Of a stretch of 64,000 bases of DNA, positions 17,957 through 26,050 are shown piece after piece. The stretch spans positions 17,618-81,617 of the forward strand of contig CAWDYE010000006.1 in NCBI GenBank assembly GCA_963806565.1. The letters run 5' to 3'. Both the position numbers and the translations under genes were made by a program. The stretch is from an uncultured Acidobacteriaceae bacterium. GTDB taxonomy: Bacteria; Acidobacteriota; Terriglobia; Terriglobales; Acidobacteriaceae. Position 1 is the first letter of the stretch. Each line of letters begins with the position of its first letter. The notes beneath the pieces are model-generated. The model was not told where the DNA came from, did no database searches, and worked only from the letters and a program-made list of their open reading frames with translations.

Positions 17957-18876
17957 TCTGGGTTGTTATTCCTCGAGTATGGAATGATCCCGGATTCGGC
18001 AGGGTTATGCTGAGAATTCGTAATTGTTTGACCAAGAGAGATTACGTCAGCGTTCTGGCCTCGTGTGCAACCTGTGGTAGGCTTCCAACCTTGCTGGTCT
18101 GCCATTGGATCAGGTAAACCGGTCCCCCCACCATGAATTGCCCTTCCTCGCGAATCGCCGGTGTCGATAAATGCTCCTGCCGGACCATACGCATCTTGGC
18201 CTGCATGTCGATCACTCGTACCCTTGATATTCGGAGTCGAATACGGATTGTCGGCACCCGGCTCAGACTTCTTGTGATCAATATCGTTTTTGGTCTCAAT
18301 TGTCTTTGTCGTGGTCTTCCCATAAACGTCCGTTGACTTGAATGTGGTCGTGTGCCCACTCATGTCGGTATGCAAGCTGGACGAGGGAACCTTTGGTGTG
18401 AAGTGCGTGTCCGGTGGTGGAGGCGGAAGCGGCGGCGGCGCTCCGAAGCAAACCGTGATACCGAGAACTGTGTGGCACCCGTGTCCATCTGGATCAATTC
18501 GCGTCATCGGGTTGTTCATCAGGTAGGCATATAGGTTTAAGCTCTGCGGATTGTCGAGCTTTGCGTATGGAACGGGTTCCTGTTTCGCCGACCAATCGGG
18601 CGACATAAACCGCCCCATTGAGCTTGCGTAGTACCTAGCCCCGAAGTAGTCGTTACCTGATTCGGCATCTCGTTCTTTGCCGGTACAACGTGACCCAGCA
18701 TCGCCGCCGTACAACGATCCGGATAAGCCCAGCGTGTTGCTGGAGATAACGAAGCCTGAAGCCCAGTGTATTGTGCTGGCAACAGTTGTGAAGCCCTGAC
18801 GCGAGTTTTCGGCTAACTGCGAGTTGGCAGCTAACGCAAAATGCTCTGGAAGAGCGGTCTGTAAGGCGGCGTTCAC
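17953..18876 (-). CDS. Orphan/mini Rhs protein with the same toxin tip as 6125..7102 but a different leader
   Basis: CTGKERDAESG..YAYLMNNP..DPDG core end; tip identical. Confidence 0.85.
   Translation of the reverse strand: MNAALQTALPEHFALAANSQLAENSRQGFTTVASTIHWASGFVISSNTLGLSGSLYGGDAGSRCTGKERDAESGNDYFGARYYASSMGRFMSPDWSAKQEPVPYAKLDNPQSLNLYAYLMNNPMTRIDPDGHGCHTVLGITVCFGAPPPLPPPPPDTHFTPKVPSSSLHTDMSGHTTTFKSTDVYGKTTTKTIETKNDIDHKKSEPGADNPYSTPNIKGTSDRHAGQDAYGPAGAFIDTGDSRGRAIHGGGTGLPDPMADQQGWKPTTGCTRGQNADVISLGQTITNSQHNPAESGIIPYSRNNNPE
18509..18684 (-). repeat. 176-bp Rhs core-end direct repeat, copy 2
   Basis: Aligns without gaps to copies 1 and 3. Confidence 0.9.
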
Positions 18877-18900
18877 TGGCTCCGATTGTACGTCTTCCGC

Positions 18901-18934
18901 CCCACAGACGAAGACCTGTCTGTGGGGACCCCGG
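18901..18934. repeat. Dispersed hairpin repeat, second copy at 57352-57379
   Basis: GACGAAGACCTGTC(T/C)GTGGGGACCCCGG 27/28 match; stem CCCACAGAC..GTCTGTGGG. Confidence 0.7.
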
Positions 18935-19281
18935 AGCTTGAGGGGCCGGGATGGGCAGCGGATTCGGCCCCGGATTGGACGGCGATTGGCGGGCCGATTG
19001 CGGGCCGGATAGGACAGCTAAAAGCAGCGGCTAAGGGAAAAACATCAGGGACGTTTCCGGCCAGAAACGGCCTCCGCTGAAAAACCTGTCAAGCATTTTC
19101 TTGAGGCCGGAGCGGATTTTTGGGTGTTCCGGTTGGTATACGCCGGACGTATATTTCCTCTCGATCCGGGCTTTTTCTAAAACCCTGTCAAGAGGATTCG
19201 AGAGGTTTTTTGTTGGTTGGAAAATACTACCCTATGTAGTATTGGCTGGGCCGTCCTGACAGCCCCAGAGTTGTTTTTCTC

Positions 19282-20340
19282 TTAGCTGCCCGGCTCTTCG
19301 TCGGCTTCGTCTTCAGCATGAAGAGCGGCCCGCAAGCCCGCTTGCTCCGCCGTCCGATGCGCCGTTTGCGGCGCGTCGTGCAACTCCGCCGGGTGCGTGG
19401 CGGCGTGGATCTGCTGCAACGTGCGGATGGCCACCTGGGTATAGATCTGCGTGGTCTTGATGTCCTCGTGGCCCAGCATCTGCTGGATATAGCGGATGTC
19501 GGCCCCGTTTTCGTGCATCAGCGTGGCCATCGTGTGCCGGAACAAGTGGCAGGAGCCGGTCTTGCCCAGCTGCGCCGCGTCGATCCGTTCCTTGACTGCG
19601 AAGCTCAGATGATCGCGGCTGAACGGCTCGCCCTGGGCCGTGAGGAACACCGTGAAGTCGTCCGGCTCAGAGACAAGCTGCGGGCGGGCCTCGCGGATGT
19701 ACTTCTCAAGCCACAGAACGGCCCGCTCGCCGATGGGAACGTAACGGTCCTTGTGGCCCTTGCCCTGGTTGATGAGGATCAGCCTACGGTCAAGCTGAAG
19801 CTCGTACAGCTTCAAGCGTACAAGCTCCAGACGGCGCATTCCTGTGCTGTAGAGGACTTCGAGCAGCGCACGGTCGCGCAAGCCGATAGGCTCCTCGATG
19901 TCGGGCTGCATCATCACCCGCTCGACCTCGGCGGCTGAGAAGATATTTTTGGGCAGAGCGCGGCCGAGTCGCGGCAACTCGATCTCGGACGCCGGGTTAT
20001 GCAGGATGTGATTCTGGCGAGTCATCCATCGGAACCACACACGCAGCGGCACAAGCCGCGCGTGTTGCGAACGGAAGCTCAACGGCTCGCCATTGGCCTT
20101 GCGGTAGTGGAACAAGTGCCGCTGATAGCGTTCGAGCACGGGCCGCGTGACTTCAACCGGCTCCGTGATGCTGCGCTCTTTCAGCCAGTTGATGAAGAAC
20201 TGGATATGACCGGCGCGGCCCCGTACCGTGAACTCGGAGTAGTTTTGCACCTGGAGAGCCTTCAAGTGTTCGCGCATCAGTGCTTCAAGCGGCGTCTGAA
20301 CGGGGGCCGGGGCTTTGCGCTTCTCTACACGAGCCATCAC
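19282..20340 (-). CDS. XerC/D-like tyrosine recombinase (intact)
   Basis: RDRALLEVLYSTGMR, GKGHKDR, HLFRH, LGH, TQIY; start overlaps the primase stop (ATGA). Confidence 0.95.
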   Translation of the reverse strand: MMARVEKRKAPAPVQTPLEALMREHLKALQVQNYSEFTVRGRAGHIQFFINWLKERSITEPVEVTRPVLERYQRHLFHYRKANGEPLSFRSQHARLVPLRVWFRWMTRQNHILHNPASEIELPRLGRALPKNIFSAAEVERVMMQPDIEEPIGLRDRALLEVLYSTGMRRLELVRLKLYELQLDRRLILINQGKGHKDRYVPIGERAVLWLEKYIREARPQLVSEPDDFTVFLTAQGEPFSRDHLSFAVKERIDAAQLGKTGSCHLFRHTMATLMHENGADIRYIQQMLGHEDIKTTQIYTQVAIRTLQQIHAATHPAELHDAPQTAHRTAEQAGLRAALHAEDEADEEPGS

Positions 20341-23300
20341 TGGCCCCCTTTCTTGTGGCCGTTGTTACGATGCAGCGCGGCTACGACGGCATTTTCTTCC
20401 GTCTCTTCCTCAACAGTGTTTTTTAGCTCGTTTTCGCAAAAATCGCCTTTTACCCCGATGGATACTGGCGATTCATCACCCCGCGATTCCCCCGCTACCC
20501 CGCCGTTTTGACCCCGTTTTGACCCCGCGTTCTCATCCTCCAGCCCCGCGAAGTTGAAATCGTAGCTATAGCCGCCCAGCTTCTCCACGTCGATCAGACC
20601 CGGCATCACCGGCCTGTTGCCGTCGCCCTCGATGGCGAAGGCAAGCTCGTAAACGAAGCTCTGGCCGCGCCCGCCGCGATGGGCCAGCAGATATTCCAAC
20701 TCCTCCAGCCGCCCCAGATGCAAGCGCAGCTGCGTGTCGCCCCAGCCGGTAACGGCCCGCACGTCGCGGCGCGAGAAGCGATAGTCGGCCCGCTCGATCT
20801 GCTGCCGCTTGCATTCCGCCGCGACCATTGCATCGACCAACAGCAACAGACGCCGCGTCTGCGGCGGCAACTCGTCGAGCGAGCGGCCCAGCACTTCGTG
20901 CGCAAGCCGGTTGGCAACCGCGATGTCATGGAGCGCAACTTCGATGTACTCGAACGGCTTGCCGTTGTGCTGGACCGTCTTCCGTGGCCGCTGATGCTGA
21001 TGCAACAGCGCGATGCTGCGGATGAGAGTCAGATACTTCATGTGATCGCGCCTGGTCCGCGTCTGGATGTCCAAAAAGGTCAGCCCCGGCGCGTATGGAT
21101 TGGTGACGAAGACGGGCTTCAAGAGCCGCTGCGCGTTGCGATGCAAGCGCAACAGGTCGTCGCGGTCCTTGCGGCGCAACAGGCCCTCGATGGTCTGCGC
21201 CTCGCGCTGCACGCGATGAATCGCCTGGGTCTGCGCACGGTCTTCATTCACCGTCAACACCAAGCAACGGTTCAACAGTTCCTCGTCGATGTCGATCGCC
21301 GTGGTAGTCAGGAAGATCATCACTGGACCTTTGACGCGGTACTGATGCGTGAGCAAGCGGCCCGTCGCCGGGTCTTTGCCGGTCGAGGCGATGGTCAACT
21401 CACCTTCGCTCTGCAACAGCTTCAACGCGTACGAGGCCCGCTGCGCTCCGGCCTCTTCCACGATGGCCAGCACCTTGTGCTGGAGATCGCTCTCGCCCAT
21501 ATAGAACAGAGATTGCCCCGTCATCGCGGAGTATTGAACGCGCTGCTCCTCCGGCACGAAGGCCAGCACCGCATCCATCAGCGAACTTTTGCCCGCCGCC
21601 GAACTCGATTGCACGATCACCGCAAGCGGCGCGTCCAGATGCCGCGAGACCACGCCCAGATAGCCGACGAGTTTGTTGGTCTCTTCGCCAACAACACCAC
21701 ACCGGACGAAGTCTTCCACGATGCGCTCCAGCAAGCGCGGATCGCGCAACAGCGCCAGCGCTTCGGCCCGCTCGTCGTCGGTTAGTTTGACCTCCGGCTC
21801 CTTCGGCGTGAGCGCATCGGCAAGCTGCGCGTCCCGCACCTCCTCCAGTTTCAACAGCACCTTGCCCACGTCGTGCCGGATGATTTCTTCCTTGATGCCA
21901 AGCTCCTCGGCGGCTTGCTTGATGAACGCCATGCGCTGACGTGATGCGTTCAACTCCAGTGTGTCCACGTGCAAGGCAACCTCGCCATGTGCGTTGACGC
22001 CCATCACGCGGAGATTCACGCGCAAAAGCTCCGCGCTCGTGTTCTTCTTCAGGCCCCGCGCCCGGTACTCCCGGTCGCCGAACTTCAACACCACGTCTTC
22101 GCCGCGCATCTCGACCGGGACATCGACATGGGGCGCGACTGGCACAGGTACGGCGGCTAAGGAAAAAACCTCTTCGGTCGGTGCGGCAACGGCGGGCGCT
22201 TCTGTCGGTATGGTCGCCACGATTGGCTCCGGCTCTGGCGCTTCTTCGATGATGATTTTTTCCTTAGCTGCTGTTTTTGCTTCTGCTGGCAGTGGCTCCA
22301 ACACTGGCTCCATGATTGGCTCCGGAACCATCACCGGCGCCGCTGCACGAACTGCTGGACGCTGGCCTTTTCCCAGCCATGCAGCACGGTTCAACAGCAC
22401 GCCCAGACTCTTCGCCGCTGGCGTTACCTTCCGCGCATATTCGTTCGTGTCTATGCCCTTCGGGAACTCCACGCGGAAGCATTCGACGCCCATTTCCATC
22501 AGCTGCTCGGCCAACTTCGCGGCGGCTTTGTTTCCGGCTTCGTCGTTGTCATAGGCGATGTAGACTCGCTCTGTGCCATGCCGCTCGAAGGCCGCGCGAT
22601 GGTCCGCCGTGAAGCCGTTCACGCCATAGCTCGCGGTTACATTGCGGAAGCCCGCCGCCCAGAACGTCAGTGCGTCGATCAGCGCTTCGCACAGGATGAT
22701 TTCTTTCGATGCGATGAGAGCTTCTTCATTCCACACCCCGCGGTGCTCGCCTTTCAGGTATAAGTGCAGCGGCGTTCCCTCGCGCAGCTTCGGCGTGATC
22801 TTGCGCCCGTACATCCCCAGCACGTCACCGGCTGGATTGATGACCGGGATAACCAGCGAGCCGTTGAAATGCTCGTGGCCCGTCTCCCGGTAGATGCCCA
22901 ACTCCTCCAGCCGCTTTCGTACCGCCGCGCCGCCGGCGCGGTTCTTCGCCTCCAGACGATACCCCAGCGTCCGGTTGGCGAAGCCAAGCCGGAACCGCTC
23001 GACCATCTCCGCAGACTTCAGACCCCGGCCCTCCAGATACCGTTGCGCCTCTGGCGATTGGTTGAACGTCTCGTGATAAAAGCCCACGATCTCCTGCAAC
23101 AGTTCGCCGTCTCCGGCCTCCGCCGTCACCGGCGCGGGCAGCTTGCGCACCGTGCCGTACTTGATTGGCTGGATTGGTTCGGCGGCTAAGGGAAGATGGT
23201 CTGCTCGCAACAACTCGACCGCATGGCGGAAGCTGATGCCATTGGCACGCATCACCCACTCGATCACATCTCCGCCCGCGTTGCAGGCTCCCAGGCAGTG

Positions 23301-23477
23301 CCAGAGATTCTTTGCCGGAGAGATAACCAGCGAGGGCGTCCGGTCGTCGTGGAACGGGCACTTGCCGATCAGGTCCGCACCCTGCCGCGTCAGCTTGATC
23401 CCCCGCGCCTCGGCCAACCGCTGCACTGAGATTTCCCGCTTCAACCGCTCCACTTCCGCCTCTGGGATTCTGGCCAT
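20337..23477 (-). CDS. CHC2/Toprim primase-helicase
   Basis: Same motifs as 9299..12235, with a complete tail. Confidence 0.93.
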   Translation of the reverse strand: MARIPEAEVERLKREISVQRLAEARGIKLTRQGADLIGKCPFHDDRTPSLVISPAKNLWHCLGACNAGGDVIEWVMRANGISFRHAVELLRADHLPLAAEPIQPIKYGTVRKLPAPVTAEAGDGELLQEIVGFYHETFNQSPEAQRYLEGRGLKSAEMVERFRLGFANRTLGYRLEAKNRAGGAAVRKRLEELGIYRETGHEHFNGSLVIPVINPAGDVLGMYGRKITPKLREGTPLHLYLKGEHRGVWNEEALIASKEIILCEALIDALTFWAAGFRNVTASYGVNGFTADHRAAFERHGTERVYIAYDNDEAGNKAAAKLAEQLMEMGVECFRVEFPKGIDTNEYARKVTPAAKSLGVLLNRAAWLGKGQRPAVRAAAPVMVPEPIMEPVLEPLPAEAKTAAKEKIIIEEAPEPEPIVATIPTEAPAVAAPTEEVFSLAAVPVPVAPHVDVPVEMRGEDVVLKFGDREYRARGLKKNTSAELLRVNLRVMGVNAHGEVALHVDTLELNASRQRMAFIKQAAEELGIKEEIIRHDVGKVLLKLEEVRDAQLADALTPKEPEVKLTDDERAEALALLRDPRLLERIVEDFVRCGVVGEETNKLVGYLGVVSRHLDAPLAVIVQSSSAAGKSSLMDAVLAFVPEEQRVQYSAMTGQSLFYMGESDLQHKVLAIVEEAGAQRASYALKLLQSEGELTIASTGKDPATGRLLTHQYRVKGPVMIFLTTTAIDIDEELLNRCLVLTVNEDRAQTQAIHRVQREAQTIEGLLRRKDRDDLLRLHRNAQRLLKPVFVTNPYAPGLTFLDIQTRTRRDHMKYLTLIRSIALLHQHQRPRKTVQHNGKPFEYIEVALHDIAVANRLAHEVLGRSLDELPPQTRRLLLLVDAMVAAECKRQQIERADYRFSRRDVRAVTGWGDTQLRLHLGRLEELEYLLAHRGGRGQSFVYELAFAIEGDGNRPVMPGLIDVEKLGGYSYDFNFAGLEDENAGSKRGQNGGVAGESRGDESPVSIGVKGDFCENELKNTVEEETEENAVVAALHRNNGHKKGGQ

Positions 23478-23594
23478 CCGCTCGCCCTCCGTTTTTCAGG
23501 TATTCTGTAGAAAAGCTGTCAAGTGACTACAGTGTCATAATACATGATGATATTGTAGTCACTACAAGGCGAGATATTTGGGGAGGGTTTTACG

Positions 23595-23984
23595 ATGAGC
23601 CAAGTTCAGATTTTTCCACCGGATTGGAACATGACGGATATTCATCAACGGCTCAGAGAACTCCGTACCGCCCGCAAGCTCACTCAGTCTCGCGTGGCCG
23701 AACTGCTGGGCATCAGCCCTCGCGTTTACACCCGATGGGAGAGCGGCGGCGCTACGCCGCTGTTTGGCACTGTTGTCAAGCTCGCAGACATCCTCGGTGT
23801 CAGTCTCGACGAACTGGCCGGACGCAAGGATGTTTCCAGCCAGGCCCTCATCCGCAACCCGGAACTGAACCGGCTCTGCGGCAAGGTCGATCAGCTTTCC
23901 GACGAAGATCAGAAGGCGCTTTTGGTCGTTCTCGACAGCCTGGTCAAGCGCTCCCGCGTCAGCCAGGTCATGGCCGAGGTTTAG
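23595..23984 (+). CDS. XRE-family HTH regulator (start may be 23631)
   Basis: QRLRELRTARKLTQSRVAELLGISPRVYTRWESG. Confidence 0.9.
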   Translation: MSQVQIFPPDWNMTDIHQRLRELRTARKLTQSRVAELLGISPRVYTRWESGGATPLFGTVVKLADILGVSLDELAGRKDVSSQALIRNPELNRLCGKVDQLSDEDQKALLVVLDSLVKRSRVSQVMAEV

Positions 23985-24001
23985 CAGCTAAGGGGAAAAA
24001 C

Positions 24002-24256
24002 ATGGAACTTGATTTCGCACAACAACGTCAACAGGCTCACCTGCTGATCGACGTGCTGCCGGAGGAAAAACTCTTCGCCGTGCACAGCCTTCTCGAAGTC
24101 CTGGTCGAGCCGCTCTCCCGCTCCCTGGCTATGGCTCCCGTCGAGGATGAAGACCTCACGCCGGAGACCGCTGCCGCGCTGGATCGCGCCCGCGCATCGC
24201 TCGCCCGTGGCGAAGGCGTCTCCCACGAAGAAGTCCTCCGAGAGTTCGGCCTGTGA
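24002..24256 (+). CDS. Putative antitoxin
   Basis: MELDFAQQRQQAHLLID..GEGVSHEEVLREFGL; GTGA overlap with the toxin start. Confidence 0.7.
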   Translation: MELDFAQQRQQAHLLIDVLPEEKLFAVHSLLEVLVEPLSRSLAMAPVEDEDLTPETAAALDRARASLARGEGVSHEEVLREFGL

Positions 24257-24525
24257 CCGAAGAGAAAGCCCCAGCACGCCTGTCCATCGTCTGGTCGCTC
24301 GATGCCCGCGCAGACCTCCGCGCCATCGACCGCGAGACCGCCCTCGACATTCTCCACTGCGTAGACCGATACCTCGCCACTCGCAACGGCGATGTGAAAA
24401 AGCTCAAGCCGCCACAGACTGGATTCCGGCTCCGCTGCGGCGACTATCGCATTTTCTTTGTCCAGCCCAGCGAGAACGTCCTCTCCGTCACCGGCGTCAG
24501 ACACCGCCGCGAAGCCTACCGCTGA
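24253..24525 (+). CDS. RelE/ParE-family toxin
   Basis: DVKKLK..FRLRCGDYRIFF..VRHRREAYR. Confidence 0.88.
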   Translation: MTEEKAPARLSIVWSLDARADLRAIDRETALDILHCVDRYLATRNGDVKKLKPPQTGFRLRCGDYRIFFVQPSENVLSVTGVRHRREAYR

Positions 24526-24556
24526 CGCTCGATCAGACCTCGAACCCATCACGAAC

Positions 24557-24579
24557 AAGGCCGGACAGCGTCCGGCCTT
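24557..24579 (+). terminator. GC-rich hairpin after the TA pair (no clear U-tract)
   Basis: AAGGCCGGAC-AGC-GTCCGGCCTT. Confidence 0.35.
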
Positions 24580-24771
24580 CGTTCGTTCCGCGTTCGATCT
24601 TCGGGCCGCTGTCGGCCTCGCTAAGCCGTCAGGCTTAGGGATGGTGTCTTGGCTCCAACACATCGCCATGAGCGCGACGGATGCCCGAGAGCACCCCGGC
24701 GCTGCACGCTTCGCTGCTGGACCTCACCGCGCCGCCGTGGGCCGGGAGTCGTCGCCCTGGTCATGTGGAAC

Positions 24772-24915
24772 ATGAGAAAAAGACTTTTTTCTCATTGCTG
24801 AAAAACACCCGCAGCGAGGATGGCAGTCAAGGGCGCGCGGTCTGTGCGCGTCGCGCTGGCGCGAGCGAAGCCCCTTGACGGCCACCGCAGCGGAGGGTAC
24901 GCGGCGTCAGCCGCG
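24772..24915. other. Conserved structured non-coding element, copy 3 (diverged)
   Basis: ATGAGAAAAA-GACT-TTTTTCTCAT; GTCAAGGG..CCCTTGAC; CGCGGC-GTCA-GCCGCG. Confidence 0.7.
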
Positions 24916-25150
24916 CCGGGAGGCCCTTTCAGCCTCGATCCTTTGATCTCAACACGTTAACGCCGCAGCAACCCAAGGTTACTCCCGCAGGAACCGCGAA
25001 CCGCCCATTTTCTCTTTAGCCGTTTTGTTTTCAACATGTTTACGCACGTAAACACGTAAACGCCTGTGTTTGCGCGGTCGCCGCGTGCATCGCATTGGCG
25101 CTGCTCACGTTAACGCACAGTTACCGCGCGGTATCCCTGCAGCAACCCGC

Positions 25151-25283
25151 TGGGGGTGACGTGTCCCCCTAATTCCGATGCCGTAGGCAGCGCGCCCTTC
25201 ACCGGATCGCGCCACTGCTGTCTACAGGCGTAAACACGGCAAGCCGCCCCCGAGGACGGCTTGCGGTTGGCTGCAAGGACGGC
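25151..25283. other. oriT-like motif plus post-immunity hairpin, copy 3
   Basis: GGGGTGACGTGTCCCCCTAATTCCGATGC and GCAAGCCG..CGGCTTGC..GACGGC abutting the immunity stop; homologous to 5365-5498. Confidence 0.65.
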
Positions 25284-26021
25284 TTACTGCTGCTTCGGCG
25301 GATCGGCGTGGCCAGACTCGTGAAGGAGCGTTTCAGCGGAGAGCCTGCTCATAACGTCCACTGTGGGCGGCTTGGTGATTTCAACCGCGCTTGAAAGGAC
25401 AACCGCCTGTATTTCGTATAGGGATTTCAGAGTTGATCCGACTTCGATTCGTTCCATGCCCGTGAACGCATCGTGCGGGATTTGCTTGCGCGCTACCAGT
25501 TCCATGAGTGAAGCGGATGCTGGCAGTACGCCAACGCGCACCTCGATCCGTTTGATTGACGTGGCCGGAACATCTCTTGTCCCAGGAGCACTGGAGAAGG
25601 GCGGCTCCGTGGTTCGGAGCGGCCAGGATAGCTGAACGACCTCAACGTGAGATGCGCCAGGTTCAAGCTGCACTAGGTGAACGCTCGTGCCATCGACGAA
25701 GGGATGGAACGGGTTCGGCGGGTACAACTGGAAGCTACATATCAGCGTTGATGCGTCGGTGCTGTCCGTGTCGATGTAAGGCCCTTTAGACCGATCAACT
25801 CGACGCGGATCAGTCGCCACATAAGCGGGAACGTCGCCGGAGTTCTTAACTAAAATCTCCAGCACCATCAGGCCTTCAGATTTGCTCTTCAGCTTCGCTT
25901 TGACTTCGACCATCGGAACCCTTCCCTGAGGCGTTTGCGCAGGGACAAGGCTCGCCGGTACGAGCGTGCAGACCACTGCGCTCATGATTGCTGCTAACAC
26001 GCTACAAGACTTGTTCATCAA
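25284..26021 (-). CDS. Putative exported immunity/partner protein of the main Rhs tip
   Basis: Directly downstream of the tip; N-terminal hydrophobic signal peptide. Confidence 0.7.
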   Translation of the reverse strand: MMNKSCSVLAAIMSAVVCTLVPASLVPAQTPQGRVPMVEVKAKLKSKSEGLMVLEILVKNSGDVPAYVATDPRRVDRSKGPYIDTDSTDASTLICSFQLYPPNPFHPFVDGTSVHLVQLEPGASHVEVVQLSWPLRTTEPPFSSAPGTRDVPATSIKRIEVRVGVLPASASLMELVARKQIPHDAFTGMERIEVGSTLKSLYEIQAVVLSSAVEITKPPTVDVMSRLSAETLLHESGHADPPKQQ

Positions 26022-26050
26022 GGCCTCCGGTTCCTTCCTGCATTGGGCAC

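Larger units (their letters stand above)
6857..18684 (-). mobile_element. Unit B (11,828 bp repeat-to-repeat) with MobF module and VapBC
   Basis: Bounded by Rhs core-end repeats; constant 11,828-bp offset between shared sequences. Confidence 0.75.
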
